From NCBI GenBank assembly GCA_951406725.2, contig OX597821.1:4030001-4094000 (forward strand): a DNA stretch of 64,000 nucleotides, given 5' to 3'. The DNA comes from Octopus vulgaris (Eukaryota). Numbering within the stretch: position 1 is the stretch's first letter; every line of letters starts with the position of its first letter. Below the pieces are notes generated by a model that made no database searches, had not been told where the DNA came from, and worked only from the letters and a program-made list of their open reading frames with translations. Of the stretch, positions 12,649 to 26,640 are shown in pieces. The position numbers and the translations under genes were made by a program.

Positions 12649-13749
12649 TTTATATTAATTGAAGAGATGACGTCTTCTGTAAATAAGTGGCAATCATTAT
12701 ATATGTCTGTTCTTTTGTGTTTTCACTCTGGAGTGTACACCATTTGGCTCATCCACCACTCAGGTTTTCATGCAGAATAATGTAATAAAAGGAAATGCTT
12801 CCTCCATTGCCCGTGGTTGGGTTTACACATACGTCAAAGGAATTAGAATATAAGTTTGTCCACATTTGATGACACATACATGATGCCAGAAGAAATCTCC
12901 ATCAGATCATACTATACACCCCCACTCTCTTTTTTTCTCTCTCCCTCATGTGATTTGGAAAGCAAAAAAGTCATGTAATTCTAGGTATAGAAATATATAG
13001 ACCAACTACGATTGCAGATCTCTTTGATAATATTTTTGTGATCAAACCATTTCTGTGACTGATATAATATATCATTCTCTCTTCCGTTTTCTATGTGTTT
13101 CTGTGTCTCCCAAATGTTTCTCTCCCTATCTCAGACTTAATTGTTTCGTCTGGAAATTACGAATCCTACTTGTTTCTAATTAAACCTCACTGTAAGATTA
13201 CATTGACGTTGATTGCATTCACTATGTTCCTCGGATGCTAACATAACTAACGAAACTAATATCTATTGTAGTATATCGCCTAGATTTTAATTAAATATTT
13301 TCAAGTTGTTTATAATTCGCATTGTGATATTTCTCTTAATGGTCTTTATGCACATTAATAATATTAATTCGTAAATTATGCAGTTACATGAAACATATTA
13401 ATATTTCGTGTAAATTATGCATGTACATAAATACATTATATATTTCTATACAATCTTAATATATTTGTATTCAGGCGAAATTTTATTTCCTTCTTAGACA
13501 AATACTCACTCCCGAATAGCCACATTCTTATTTTGCGTACGTCAAAGAAACTTATCCAAACTAATGGTGGTCTTTGTGTGAGACTTGCAAATGCAAACAG
13601 CCACCTGTTTCCTCTTTTGTTCCACACGTTTGTATTATGCAATATTGAAGTTTTATTAATAATGCAGGACTTTGTATTAAATACTCTCTAAATTAATGTT
13701 ACTAATGCAAAAGCATTATACATAAAATAGAAAGAGAAAAAGAATGATA

Positions 13750-13875
<126 letters not shown>

Positions 13876-14169
13876 CAGACATAGAGTAATACTACTGTTT
13901 GAATCATTAACATTTAAATATAATTTACTGTTTGCTAGTTAGAATATCTATATGAATGTATTCTTCAAGTTTTATCATACAAATAAGATGATTATGTCCA
14001 AGAATACAATGTATGCAAAGAATTATTGAAGACAATGCCATCTTTTCAAATTAATAAACACGCTCTCTATTAAGCTGTCCACATACTTAGTTGCTACTAC
14101 ACAAGCTGTCATACACATATGCTAGCATGCAGGCATGATTGCTATCATACATACATACATACAATGGCT

Positions 14170-15262
14170 TGTCTAGCTCTCCTATTTCTAAGTGTTTCGG
14201 AATCGCTGAAAATATTATATGATTTGGTACAGTGACTAAAGTCAGGGCACCAAAACAGTACTTCGTTAATCTCTGAAAAATATTGAACATAAAATAATGC
14301 TATCTCACAATGCTTTTGAAGTGCCAGTCCTGGCACCAACAATTGACTGGACACAAGTTTCGCATTCTGGAAATCTAAGCAAGAATGTTACTGGCCACCA
14401 CTGGCAAATTCCACATCAGCAGCGACAGTAAAGCACCTATGTGATATAATATTATGGCTGTGAAGGCATACAGTCAGTCCAAACAGTTTTTGAATTCGCT
14501 TTGTATCACCCACACAGCACCTGCTTAACAGGAAATTAATACATACGATACACACTCAAATGTTTGAACAGGAACTTCTTCAGAGTTGGAAAAGACATTG
14601 CTGTGCAGGTTCTCTTAGAATCCAAGCCTCTCGTGTGACCACAATCAGGCTGGATTGACCTATCTAAACAAACATGAACGAAAAGCAGGCATCATACCAG
14701 CAAAACCCAATGCATGAGTACATACCCCGTAAGCTAGAGATAATCACAACATCGACAGGAAAAGTAACCTCCCCTAGATATTTGATAGATAAATTATATC
14801 CCACTTTGAACGATATGGCTTTGCTATCCATGAACAGGAGACAGCTACTAAATACCTGATTAACAAGATAAACAATGATACCACCAAACATCAGCTTTGT
14901 AATAGAATGCATCGTCGCAGAGCGGAGATGATAAACTTAATACTGTTCTGTGTGACAAATACCGTGCAGTGTTCAAGAGTTCAGCAGCTCAGCGTGTGTG
15001 AGTGTACAATCAAAGGTTCAGGAAAAAGAGAATATTTATGGTGAATTAATGCGAAATTACAGCACTGGTGACTTAACTATAAGATTATCTTTTGGACCTA
15101 CAATCATAGGTGCCGTAAGCTATATACCTAGAAATTTACCCAAAAAACGTAGGAATATTAGATTTTGTGAAGAATGAACAAAAGAAACTGAGGCAGATTC
15201 TCCAAATCCAGACTATTAATGAACCAGTGAAGATTTGTAAAACATTCCAATGATTCTAAAAT
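14170..15262 (+). mobile_element. Highly degenerate R4/Dong-like non-LTR element, 3' part (post-RT and REL endonuclease end)
   Basis: Frameshifted pieces HNAFEVPVLAPTIDWT, FERYGFAIHEQETATKYLINK, QEKENIYGELMRN, TIIGAVSYIP, VKICKTF. Confidence 0.7.
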
Positions 15263-15565
15263 TCTTTAAATAAATAATGTGGTGTGCATTGACAGTTCAA
15301 CCAACACAGTAACCTAATCACATATTTACAGACACCTAGAACTCACTTAGCTCTAAACGTTTTGACGCTTGGTTAGCGACCGGCTTTCAATCTCTTAAGA
15401 ACTTAATTAGAACTCAAGAAAAAACACGTATATACGTATATGTGTTCATACATACATACGTACGTACGTACATACATAATACATATATGCATACCGCCTT
15501 AGATCTAGCTTAAAAACCGGCTCATTCGCTATTGGCAAAATATTTTGAAATAAAACTGAATAGTG

Positions 15566-15601
<36 letters not shown>

Positions 15602-15603
15602 AC

Positions 15604-15663
<60 letters not shown>

Positions 15664-15794
15664 GTATGTACATATAAGACTTTTGCATTCATCAATTAGT
15701 ATTTCATGTGGGTGATATGTCCTTAAAATGTTAATTGGATACATATGCATAGTCGATTATTTTCCTACTAGGTTATTATTTTATCTACCAATAA

Positions 15795-15978
15795 GGCGGG
15801 TAACTGTATGAATCGATCGCACGCCGGGCAAAATGACTAGCGGTTGATATGTTCTCAGTTCAAATTCCACTGAGATTGACTTTGCTGTTCAGGATCGATA
15901 AATTAAGTACCAATAATCTAATCGATTAGTCCTCTCCCCCCAAATTTCAGACCTTCTACCTATAGTAGAAAAGATTAC
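15795..15978 (+). mobile_element. Degenerate family A SINE
   Basis: cacgccgggcaaaatg...gttcaaattccactgagattgactttgc...gataaattaagtacca. Confidence 0.7.
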
Positions 15979-16599
15979 TTTTTCTGTCAAGGAAGGTAAC
16001 AAAATATGTGCAATAATTTATTTCTTTTCTCTATTTGTTCTCATTTTCAGTTAACCTAACTGTATTATATAAGTACTACTTTGACCTACAATTCCTCATT
16101 AACGGTGATCATGAAAAGATCACAGAGAATAAATTCTAATTTTGTCTATGAAAACAAGAATGAAGGATAAAAAAATATTATGCCTCATTTCAATAGGTAA
16201 AATTAAAAATAACGAAACAAATTATATAATCAGTTGCTCGCTAATTAAAACTATATATCTTCTTTTCATTGATAACATCGTATTTCATACAAAACGTTGA
16301 AAATAATGTCTCCTTTCATATTTTAAATATCATCGAAAATATCGCTGAATCAGATTTTTATTGTATTTATTGAAGCTTTTTTTGTAAATTTTCCTGTTTT
16401 GTATTTGGAGGGGGGGATGTTTAACTGAAACAATTTTTTCATCAGACGATTTTTCCTGGATTTTTTATTCGTATGTATTTTCCTAAATTAAAATGTTTCT
16501 ATACTACACATTTTCATACAAAGCTAAATTATGTAAATATTAAAAATCGAAATACTAAAAATCTTAAACATAGCAGCATATTACGTACTTTAGTTTTTT

Positions 16600-17005
16600 T
16601 ATATAACAGATGAGGAATTTTATACGAATATTCGACGGATATTTGTCCTCATCTGTTCATTGTTAACACAAAGTCTCGGCTGATATGCCCTCCAGCCTTC
16701 TTTAGGTGTCTTGGGGAAAATTTCGAACCTGGATTCCCATTCCTTGTTGTTGTTGTTATTATTATTATTATTGTTATTGTTCAGGTCACTGCTTGTAATC
16801 GAACTCAGAATCTTGGGTTTAGTAGCTCGAGCTCTTAACCACTACGCCATAAGTCTGTGGACAATTATGGAGTGAATTTTAGGACTTATAAATCCAATAT
16901 TTTTCTATCCTTCCTTAATACTGGTACCCATATGCTACTCATATCTGCATTAGGTAGGACACAACAACCTCCTTAGCTTACCGAATGCATATATGAGCAG
17001 CACAC
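16600..17005 (-). mobile_element. Non-autonomous element with tRNA-like head, (AAT/AAC)n spacer and degenerate hammerhead motif
   Basis: Minus strand A box TGGCGTAGTGG (16849-16839) and B box GAGTTCGATT (16806-16797); HHR-like GACAC-CTAAAGA-A-GGCTG-GAGGGCATAT-CAGCC-GAGA-CTTT-GTGTT (16710-16665). Confidence 0.65.
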
Positions 17006-18212
17006 GGGACCCGGTTTAGCTTTGCTAATTCAGTTTTTGTGCAGTCTACAAAAGTTGCTGAATATCTAAGTAATGATGCTGTACAAGTATTTACAATCTT
17101 AATTAGATTCGTACCATTTAGCTTTGACTTCATTAGCTTCCTCACCCTTCTGATGTACTCGTTCTCAATTTTCGTTTTCATTTCTATAGTTACAACTCTG
17201 TCGGATTTTGATACTTATAGATACTTGTAACTCTCTCTTTCAATGATTTTAATGTCTTGCTATCTGGTATTTGGATACCTTCGCTTTTTACTCCCTATCC
17301 CTTTTCTCATGATTAATACTGCAGACTTATCTATGCCAAATTCCATGCTTGCATGTTTGCTGAAGAGATAGTCTGTGTAAAGAATCTCTCTCTTTTTCAT
17401 TCTTACTAAAAAGCTTCAGATCATCTATTGAGAGCAAATTGTTAATTTTTCTATTACTATTTCTGAACTGATACCCTGCTATTGCCTTCCTGAATACTGA
17501 ACTGAGTGAGACCAAACGTAAGACAAATATTAAGGGAGATAACGAGTCTCCTTGGAAAATTCCTCTCTTGATATCAACTTTTTCTGGGACTGTGTTACCT
17601 AAGTAGAGATCTATTTTCCATTTATTCATGCTAAAGCTAATTAATTCTTTTGTGTTGTTTGCTATACTAAATATACACAAACATTCATGAGTGTGAGGTC
17701 ACGCTATAGGCTTTCTTATAATCTATACATGCTATAGTTAACATTTTCTTTCTACAATTTACTTGATTTAGAAGTACTTTGCCTAAGTATAATAGATCAT
17801 GGGTTCCTCCAGCCTTCTTCCTGCAATATTTCTGTTCTTGCAGTGAATTCCGGCATTCTAGATTCCCGTAAATGCTTTCTGAAAGTATTTGGGTTGAACA
17901 GATTCCACACAATTGATTAGCAAGTTATTGGTCAATAATTTCTAGCTGTATTACCATTGTTCTGTTAGGAATACCGTTCACCTCTAGTTATCTAATCTGT
18001 TATTATTCCTCTATTTAAGCAATCCTGAAGTTGTTCCCTCAGCTTCCCATGTAAGGTACGAATTTTTTCCAAACAGTCCCCTTGAAACGAATCTGGTCCT
18101 GAGCCCTTCCATTTCGGCATTTTTCTTTAAGCTTTACTCATTTATGCACTAGTTGGTCTCAGATCTGGCTGCTTCTGACTCACTATTCTTCCCTCAATTT
18201 TTTAACCATGTC
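17005..18212 (-). mobile_element. R4/Dong-like non-LTR retrotransposon RT pseudogene
   Basis: KMPKWKGSGPD, IDYKKAY, IKRGIFQGDSLSPLIFVL, SIDDLKLF, EYIRRVRKLMKSKLNGTNLIKIVNT across frameshifts. Confidence 0.9.
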
Positions 18213-18646
18213 TGTTAAATTGCGTATCTGTGGAATCACCTATGAAATTTTAATAGCTCATATGAAATGGAATTAGCACACGTATTTTTACCACAGATGA
18301 TTAAGGCTACTCTTATTAAGACTTTCCCCTGAAATATGCATCGCTGTGCCTCTTTAAGGTGAGCATTAATATAAATATGGGCCTGTGGCCATATTTATTC
18401 GGAATCTTATTTGTAGAAGCTCATAAAGAGTTAAAGGCCATTCGCTAATGACTCGTACACAGTTCACTGATTTTGCCACTCTCCTTGACCAAAATATTGA
18501 CCTCGTAAATTTTCAGTCCATTACACAACCTCTTGCATCAACTGTTAGTGGGATGCTATGAATATAAATCTACCATGTCTTAACTAAATCTCGTGTGTTA
18601 ATAACTACACACAACTGACATAATCATCTCCCCAATAAAGGCTGAC

Positions 18647-18725
<79 letters not shown>

Positions 18726-21292
18726 CATATATATATAAGGGGGATAGACTGGGAAACGGGGAGAGAGTACGAGAGAGAGAGATGTAGATGATAGTGATAC
18801 AGAGAGGGATTTCTTTTTTAGTGTGTAAGTGCGCGTCGATAATCACTTTTCCCTATTTTTTATTTGTAATACTGACGAAGGTCACGTTGTATTTAATTAT
18901 TTAATCGGCAATAAATTAAGAAACGGTCATATGATGTCGGTTCCAGTATTAGAGGTAGATATGTTTTACTTGAGAGTGTAAACTGCACTAAATTGTAGCA
19001 GGAGGACTGCATTCCACAAATTTCATACTTTTTTATGAAAGCTTAATTCACAAATATATAAATTCAATCCAATGGAAAAAAATATTTAGTGTTGCTTTCT
19101 AGTCAGATTGTGTGGACAAGTATCAGTATTTTCTATCGTCAAACTCACTTAATTGCTTTCGTATTTCTGATGTATTTTGTTGACCTAATTTTTGCTATAT
19201 CGTGCTGTCTTTATGATTAAATGCATAAGAATTGTCACAGCGCATAAGTTTAAAAAATACTAAATGAGAATAGAATGTGCGCAATGAGAAAAGAGCATTG
19301 GTATTTATGCAGAAACCCTTCTTCTCATATTTGGGCTACAAATCAACTGCTTGTGTTTAAATATGTAGTAACTAGATTATATATATATATTATCGTAGGG
19401 AAAGAAACTATTGCAACGAGTTGGAATCACGTTGTCTGTCAAGGGGAAGATTACAGATACTAACACATGCTGTTACTCAGAAGATGTAGTGTTCATGCAG
19501 GACGGTATTGTGTATATCGTTATAAAATTTCTATTTAAACAAATTTGAAGAATTACATGTTTCTTTTAATATTTACCTTTTATGTTTATCATCAGTATAT
19601 TTAGACTTGAAATTGTGCCTGTTGATGGGGAAAAGACTAAATGCGCGTAAATATTCTGTAATAATGTAACGAGTGGGTGTAATAAAAATTGAATATTTCT
19701 TTTATTGCAAATTACTAATGCACTTGCAATGTGTTAAATGAAATGTATTAAACGCGACCATATGAAACAAGAATTCCAAGTGTAATTGCATTTTAAGATA
19801 CATTTTATTGATTTTTCACTCATTTCAGTTAAAATCTTCAAAACGTTATGAAAATACTGAACAAAACTCATTAACAAAACTCATTAAATTCTTTTGTTAC
19901 GAAATAAATTTTGTTTTCCTTTATTTTTATTCCATAAATATGATTTAATTTTAATTTATGAAACATCTAAATAATTGGAATAGTTGTATTTTGAAGCCCT
20001 AGGTCTGTCTTTATTTAGAAACCAGTGTAGAAAGATGTGGGAATCATGATTAAACCTTTAAAATTTTAGCATTTCAAAGGTGGTATTATGTCATACCCAT
20101 TTCAATGCAACCTGGTGTAATATTAGGCATATTTCCTGCTTTTCCTTGGAGACTATGCAACGTCATAGCAACAAACTTTTGGTTGAATAAACTGAGGACG
20201 GAAGATTACTTCTTAAAAGTAGAACTACCGTCAAAAATAAATATGTTTATCAATAGTAAACATTTTATTAAAACCATCTCATTTAAATGTCGCAGCTAAG
20301 ACAAACTCATTTCCAATCACATAGTAATCTTAATTTGAATATTAAAATAAGTATATTTACTGATATATTTTCGTTAAGTTGTGTAAATTTTCATTTAATT
20401 AAGGAATAGAAGAGATCTGATTTCGGTGGCTTTCGCATGAAGGAGAACAATTGTCAGCTATTAGGAAAAGCAGTCTGTCGAAACTCGTCAGTGGTATCAT
20501 ATTTTGCTTTCAAAAATTATTTTAGATGCCTAAGAAATCATGAATAGGTTTGAAAACCTCGCTACATCACTGCGTCCTTCAGTGAGAATAATATTTAAAT
20601 TGAAACCGTTGGGGTCAAAAATTGATGCGCCCGCGTGCTAAACAAAAGTACTTTGGTGAAGAACACAACTCAAAACCCGGATCAGCTATTGAATCCACGA
20701 ACTTACTATCCACATAGGAACTCATGTGCATTCAGAGAAAGGTTTCGAGCGTCTAGAATTATTGCTTAACAGCAGCATTAAGAGGATTAAAGATGATATA
20801 TTACCTACGAATCTGAAGAAAATAAAGACACATACGCGTATATATACTCACACGACAAAATAATTATTCACATTCGTATAATTATGCCTAATATATTAAA
20901 TCATCAGTGAACTTTTCTTAGCCCATTATGATAACGAGTAAAATATAAGATGCTTCAAAATCTGTCCAGTTCCTGAATATATATGGACAAAATCAACTAC
21001 CGAGAATCTTTTGCTCGCTTGCATTACCATATAAGGTTGTCAAAATCTCCCTAAAATAACAATATGTCGTGTAAGAAATGAGAGAGGCAGACATTATAGT
21101 CAGTCATATACAGTAAATTTATGGAAAGATTAAAGTCTCATACATGAAACGACTTCGTTATTTTCGCTGCCTTATCGAAGGAAATGTGGATGTGTGTAGC
21201 ATAGTGGTTAGGGTGTTGAAATCATGGTCTTATGATTCTGGTTTCAATTCTTGGATTTGAAGATATGTTGGGTTATTGAGCAAACTTCTTTA

Positions 21293-21757
21293 TTCTTTTA
21301 CTCTTTTACGTGTTTCAGTTATTTGACTCTGGCCATGCTGGAGCACCGCCTTTAGGGGAAACAAATCAACCCCAGGAAGTATTCTTTGTAAGCCTAGTAC
21401 TTATTGTATTTCTCTCTTTTGTCAAACCGCTAAGTTACGGGGGACGTAAACACACCAGCATCCGTTGTCAAACGATGTTAGGGGGGGGGGGCAAACAGAG
21501 ACACACAAACATACACACCCACACACATACACATATATATATCTACAGCAATTATTATCATCATATTATCATCAAATGTGAGTGGATTTGGTTGATGGAA
21601 ACTGAAAGAAGCTCGTCGTATATATAACGACGGGCTTCGTTCAGTTTAGTCGGCTCGAGGCTATAGTAGAAGACACTTGCCCAAGGTGCGACGCAGTGGG
21701 TCTGAACCCGGAACTATGTGGTTCGTAAGCAAGTTACTTACCACACAGCCACTCCTA
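21293..21757 (-). mobile_element. Family B SINE with an internal fold-back rearrangement
   Basis: tRNA-like head (RC GTGGCTGTGTGGTAAG...GGGTTCAGACCC), CORE-like CCTTGGGCAAGTGTCTT, (GTAAAAGA)n tail; inverted segment at 21577-21619. Confidence 0.85.
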
Positions 21758-21849
21758 CTTTATTTAATGTAGCTCCAGTCGACTTCGCTTGAAACAATGA
21801 GTACTCCTGCAAAGCAAAATATTGTTGTTTCATGTCCGAACGTTGCAAT

Positions 21850-22200
21850 TCAATGGTAAAAGAAAGAAAATGATGACACTACCATATTTATTCGATATAA
21901 CCAGCTCTGTTTCGATCACAGCCTTAAGTCTAGGTGCGAATGGTTCACACGTGGCAGGCAGTTGTTCTTGCGGAATCGAACCCCATTTCTGGCACAGTTT
22001 TTCTTTCAGTGTGTCAAGCGAAACATGAGAAATGCTCGGAGACCCTCGCCTCCAAAATGGACCAAACCGAAAAATTCTCTCATATGAAACAAAAAGACAC
22101 ATTACGTTTTTATAATGATGCATAATTCTCATATCTTATTACATTTATTGTTAGTTATTAAGCCCAAAACTTCGGTTTCCTTGATTTCGAACACCCTCTA
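21850..22200 (-). mobile_element. Tc1/mariner (maT/DD37D-like) transposase C-terminal relic
   Basis: FSVWSILEAR, then SHVSLDTLKEKLCQKWGSIPQEQLPATCEPFAPRLKAVIE; TIR-like TAGAGGGTGTTCGAAA at the right end. Confidence 0.65.
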
Positions 22201-22802
22201 GACAAATTTATCTTCACTCATAATCAACAGAACTACATTCTACATTGCGTTGTTCAGGTATTAGAATAGCATATTCTTGCACCTAATGAGAATTTAGCTG
22301 CTATCTCTAGCAGGTCACTTGAACATGAATACAGGATTAATCGTATCGTATAATAAAATTGTGCATCGTGCTACAAGGAGAGTAAATCGTTAACTAAGAA
22401 TCTCAAATATCTAATTACATTTTCTTATGTAATTCGGGTTTACAAGAGCTAATTTCGCAAGAATACAGCCTGCACGTTAAAGTGGCTCATTTTCGATCTT
22501 CTAACAGCTTTAGATGTTTCGTATCTAAATAATCAATAACTTTGCTATTGATCACCATTGTAATCATTATATTTGAAGTAATGACAAAGCGACGTAAAGA
22601 AATAAATGCTAAAGCACCGTTAAAACACTATGACGAAGAATTTTCGTTGTGACTGGCAGCATCTTTTCCCTTGTATATTTTCAGCAACTCGTGATGTACA
22701 CATTTCCCGTTTCACCGCAAATGATGTGTTTGATGTTGATAGTAATAGAAAAATGTGCGATATAAAATTACAATACTAAGATTGAACGGAACAAGAATAC
22801 TC

Positions 22803-23020
22803 TCTTTACATTTACTCTTTACTTGTTTAAGTACTTTGACTGCGGTCATGCTGGAGTACCGCGTTTAGTCGAGCAAATCGACCCGAGGACTTATTCTTTG
22901 TAAGCCTAGTACTTATTCTATCGGTTTCTTTTGCTGCGCCGCTATGTTACAGGGACGCAAACACACCAGCATCAGTTGTCAAGCGATGTTGGGGAGACAA
23001 ACACGGACACACAAGCATAT

Positions 23021-23083
<63 letters not shown>

Positions 23084-23250
23084 TACGATGTGCCTCTTTC
23101 AGTTTCCGTCTACCAAATCCACTCACAAAGCTTTGGTCGGTCCGGGGCTATAGTAGAAAAACACTTGCTCAAGGTGCCACGCAGTGGGAATGAACCCGGA
23201 ACCATGCTGTTGGTAAGCAAGCTACTTACCACACAGCCACTCTGCGCCTA
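22803..23250 (-). mobile_element. Full-length family B SINE (tRNA head, CORE-like domain, internal CA/TA microsatellite)
   Basis: RC AGGCGCAGAGTGGCTGTGTGGTAAG...CCGGGTTCATTCCC...CACCTTGAGCAAGTG...; several related copies in the window. Confidence 0.9.
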
Positions 23251-23469
23251 AAATTTCAAATTCAATCATAGCATAAGGTGAGTTGATGGTAATATTAGAG
23301 TGGTGAACTGGCTGACGTGTTAGCACACCGTGTAAAATGCATGTGTATATTAATAGATGGTCTGTAGAGATTAACGTAGTTCAAGGTCTTGTCTCCCATC
23401 TCTTGTCAGCTGGGCTACTATATATTTCTGGTAATACAACGTGGTTTTCACGCAATTATGTCTATGATA

Positions 23470-23839
23470 GTAGGAGCACTCCGTCGGTTGCGACGATAAG
23501 GGTCCCAGCCGATACGATCAATGGAACAGCTTGCTCGTGATATTAACGTGCAAGTGGCTGTGTACCCTTAACGTAGTTCTCGAGGAGATTCAGCGTGACA
23601 CACAGAATGTGACAAGGCTGGCCCTTTGAAATACAGGTACAAGCGAAACAGGAAGAAAGAGCGAGAGAAAGTTGTGGTGAAAGAGTACAGCAGGGTTCAC
23701 CACCACCCCCTGCCGGAGCCTCGTGGAACTTTAGGTGTTTTCGCTCAATAAACACTCACAATGCCCGGTCTGGGAATCGAAACCGCGATCCTCCGACCGC
23801 GAGTCCGCTGCCCTAACCACTGGGCGATTGCGCCTCCAC
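23470..23839 (-). mobile_element. tRNA-derived SINE (head type 1, tail X) with 13-bp target-site duplication
   Basis: TATGTCTATGATA at 23457-23469 and 23840-23852; tRNA-like head RC TCGCCCAGTGGTTAGGG...GGTTTCGATTCCC. Confidence 0.92.
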
Positions 23840-23989
23840 TATGTCTATGATACAATGAAAATGGCAAGAAGACGCGCATTATGCAACTCGTTCTCGATCC
23901 GATGTTGATACTTGTATAAGACTGCGGTTTCCCGTCTAGAGTGTGATCATCACTATGGATGGTGTCTCAGAATAAAAAAAAAGAAGTGC

Positions 23990-24197
23990 AAAGGGGTGCT
24001 GAAAAGTTCTCGGCTTTTAGGTGTCACGAAAGGCCTGGTTGGGGGCCCAATATTTTGAGTTCTTTTACAGGAAAAACAGAAGAACCGGTGCCATAAGAGT
24101 GTGAATTTGAGAGAGGAATATGTAGAATAAAATGATAATTATCTGATTCTCCTTTCTTTTCTGTTACCCAAAGTCATGAACTTTTCAGCACCCCTTT
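23990..24197. mobile_element. Mariner-derived MITE
   Basis: Perfect 20-bp terminal inverted repeats AAAGGGGTGCTGAAAAGTTC / GAACTTTTCAGCACCCCTTT; interior resembles the mariner 3' end also seen at 31595-31785. Confidence 0.85.
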
Positions 24198-26272
24198 ATT
24201 TAAAATTCTCTTCAGAATAAAATTATTAACTTTTAAATATAATATTCTATTGAGCGCATCAAGAATTTTCTAATTCTAAAATACGGTATGTCGTTGAATT
24301 TTAAAAAAACAATCTCGGTATTACAAAATTAATATATTTTTTTCTTTTGCAAATGTATTATTACTTTTTACAGGGATGCGACCATTATGCAAATACGTCC
24401 TTTAAGCTTAAGGCACAAAATGTTCGTAACCACTGATGTAGCAGAAACGTGATTACCTGAACATTCATGTACCATAGAATGAATTTAGAAAATATACCTT
24501 GCAGCATTTCAGTTCGGTGTCTGTTTACATTTCTACATGAAATTGTTATGCATGCATTGCATTTGTAAAAGAAACGGTTTTACCTTGACCAAAAGTGTAT
24601 TGTAACATCGTCGCATTGATTAACGTAAATAACATCAAGGTTTACAGTGAATTATCTTACTGAATGCGGATTCCGATTCATTTCACTGTATTCTTTTGTT
24701 CGAAGAACGAGAGAATACTTAGGATATGACACTCATGATATGGATTATAACCACAACAATTACACAGACGTAGTAGTAATCTTTTGAATTATTTTTAATG
24801 CAGCTATGCTCAAATGCATTTAGGTTCGTTCATAGCGTAAATGATTCGGAGATGCCCGGGAGTAAATGGTCTATACATATACCAACTATGAAATAAGAAT
24901 AGCTCCAATGCGTTAGAAAAGGTGTCAACGGGAACTTAGCAGAGAACTGTATCACGGCTGGATAACCGAGGGGGAAATTAATATTCAAATAGTCGTGTTG
25001 GTAGTTCATTGCTTTCATCTTCCTTTTTTTATGAAGGGACTTTCAAAAATCCTTTCGCTGGACATTTATCGAAAGATAGTGGGATAGTTCCAAACACATT
25101 AATTCCTATTTTGAATGAGACAATATGTGCAATTATCTAATGCAATTCCTAGAGAGCTGTAAATTTTGTAGTTTCCCAATATATTTACCTTAAATTGGAT
25201 ATATTGTAAAGCTATTGCAAATTGATATGAAGTTAATGGGCTTTGCAATGGAATAATAATTATAATGATAAATTTATATTAGAGCGTGGAAGAAGGCAAT
25301 ATTGTAACAGAATGTAAACATTACAGAAAATGCATAATTTGGCCAAGAATTAAAATCGTTACTTTCCCCACAAAAAAATCTTATTCGTAAATCAAAAGCT
25401 ATCAATAGCTTATTATGGCTGTCAGTTGATTCGATGCATATAACAGTCAACTCCTTTTCATATTACAAAATGCAGTCTTAAAATTAGAAAATAATTTGGG
25501 AATTGAGATAATCTTATATACAAAGACATTTAGACATTATTAATGTTGGATTTGCTCAGTAATGTATTTAACAAATAGCACTAGCAACGAATAGAAATTC
25601 CTATTTTGAATATTCAGTACAAGCGAATATATAACGTATATATAAAACGTTTTGATTAATTTACTATTTCACATGAAGTAAGCACCTTTCTATATTCGAA
25701 CTGAAGCTAGTATATATATGCCATAAGAATTTACAAACAGTGGGAGAAATTCAACAGTCAAATTAAGACATTTTCTATTTAAAAGTGGATTAACCTGCAT
25801 TTAGTATCGACTTCGAGGATTTCAGCTAAAAGTTCTATATGTTAGTCACTTGGTAGGGAAAGTTATTTATTGAGAAAATCACTTATCGATTTTAAGAAAG
25901 TGCTAGGTTTAGAGCGAGTTGCAGTCTTCATAAATTTCGCAAACCTTGTTGCTCGCGAAAATTAATACCATTAATATTCGTATTTGAAAATTAAAGATTA
26001 ACACCTGCGTTGCCAAGCAAAGAATATTCAAGAGGGTCGATGTTCATGAAAGAAATGGTTAGGCATAGAGAAAAGTCTAGGGCGTGGAGATGAACAAAGT
26101 AAATGTAGCGTGTGAAAGAAAGACAAAATCTTGAGTGGAATTCATAGAAGGCAACAGACGTCTGGGAAGCAGAGGGCTTTATGGGAGCGCCACCAGCGAA
26201 CCAGAGGTCGGAATGTTTATGGCAAACACAAGAAAGAGCAGACACATATTCTTCGCGAGATAGTTTGTAGCG

Positions 26273-26640
<368 letters not shown>

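Noticed and set aside
15350-15400. Hammerhead-like string on the minus strand
   Set aside because: No stem I complementarity and both core segments deviate
16782-16855. Possible tRNA gene (also the SINE heads at 23760-23839, 31835-31900 and 47430-47499)
   Set aside because: A and B boxes are present but the cloverleaf is not intact; these are SINE heads
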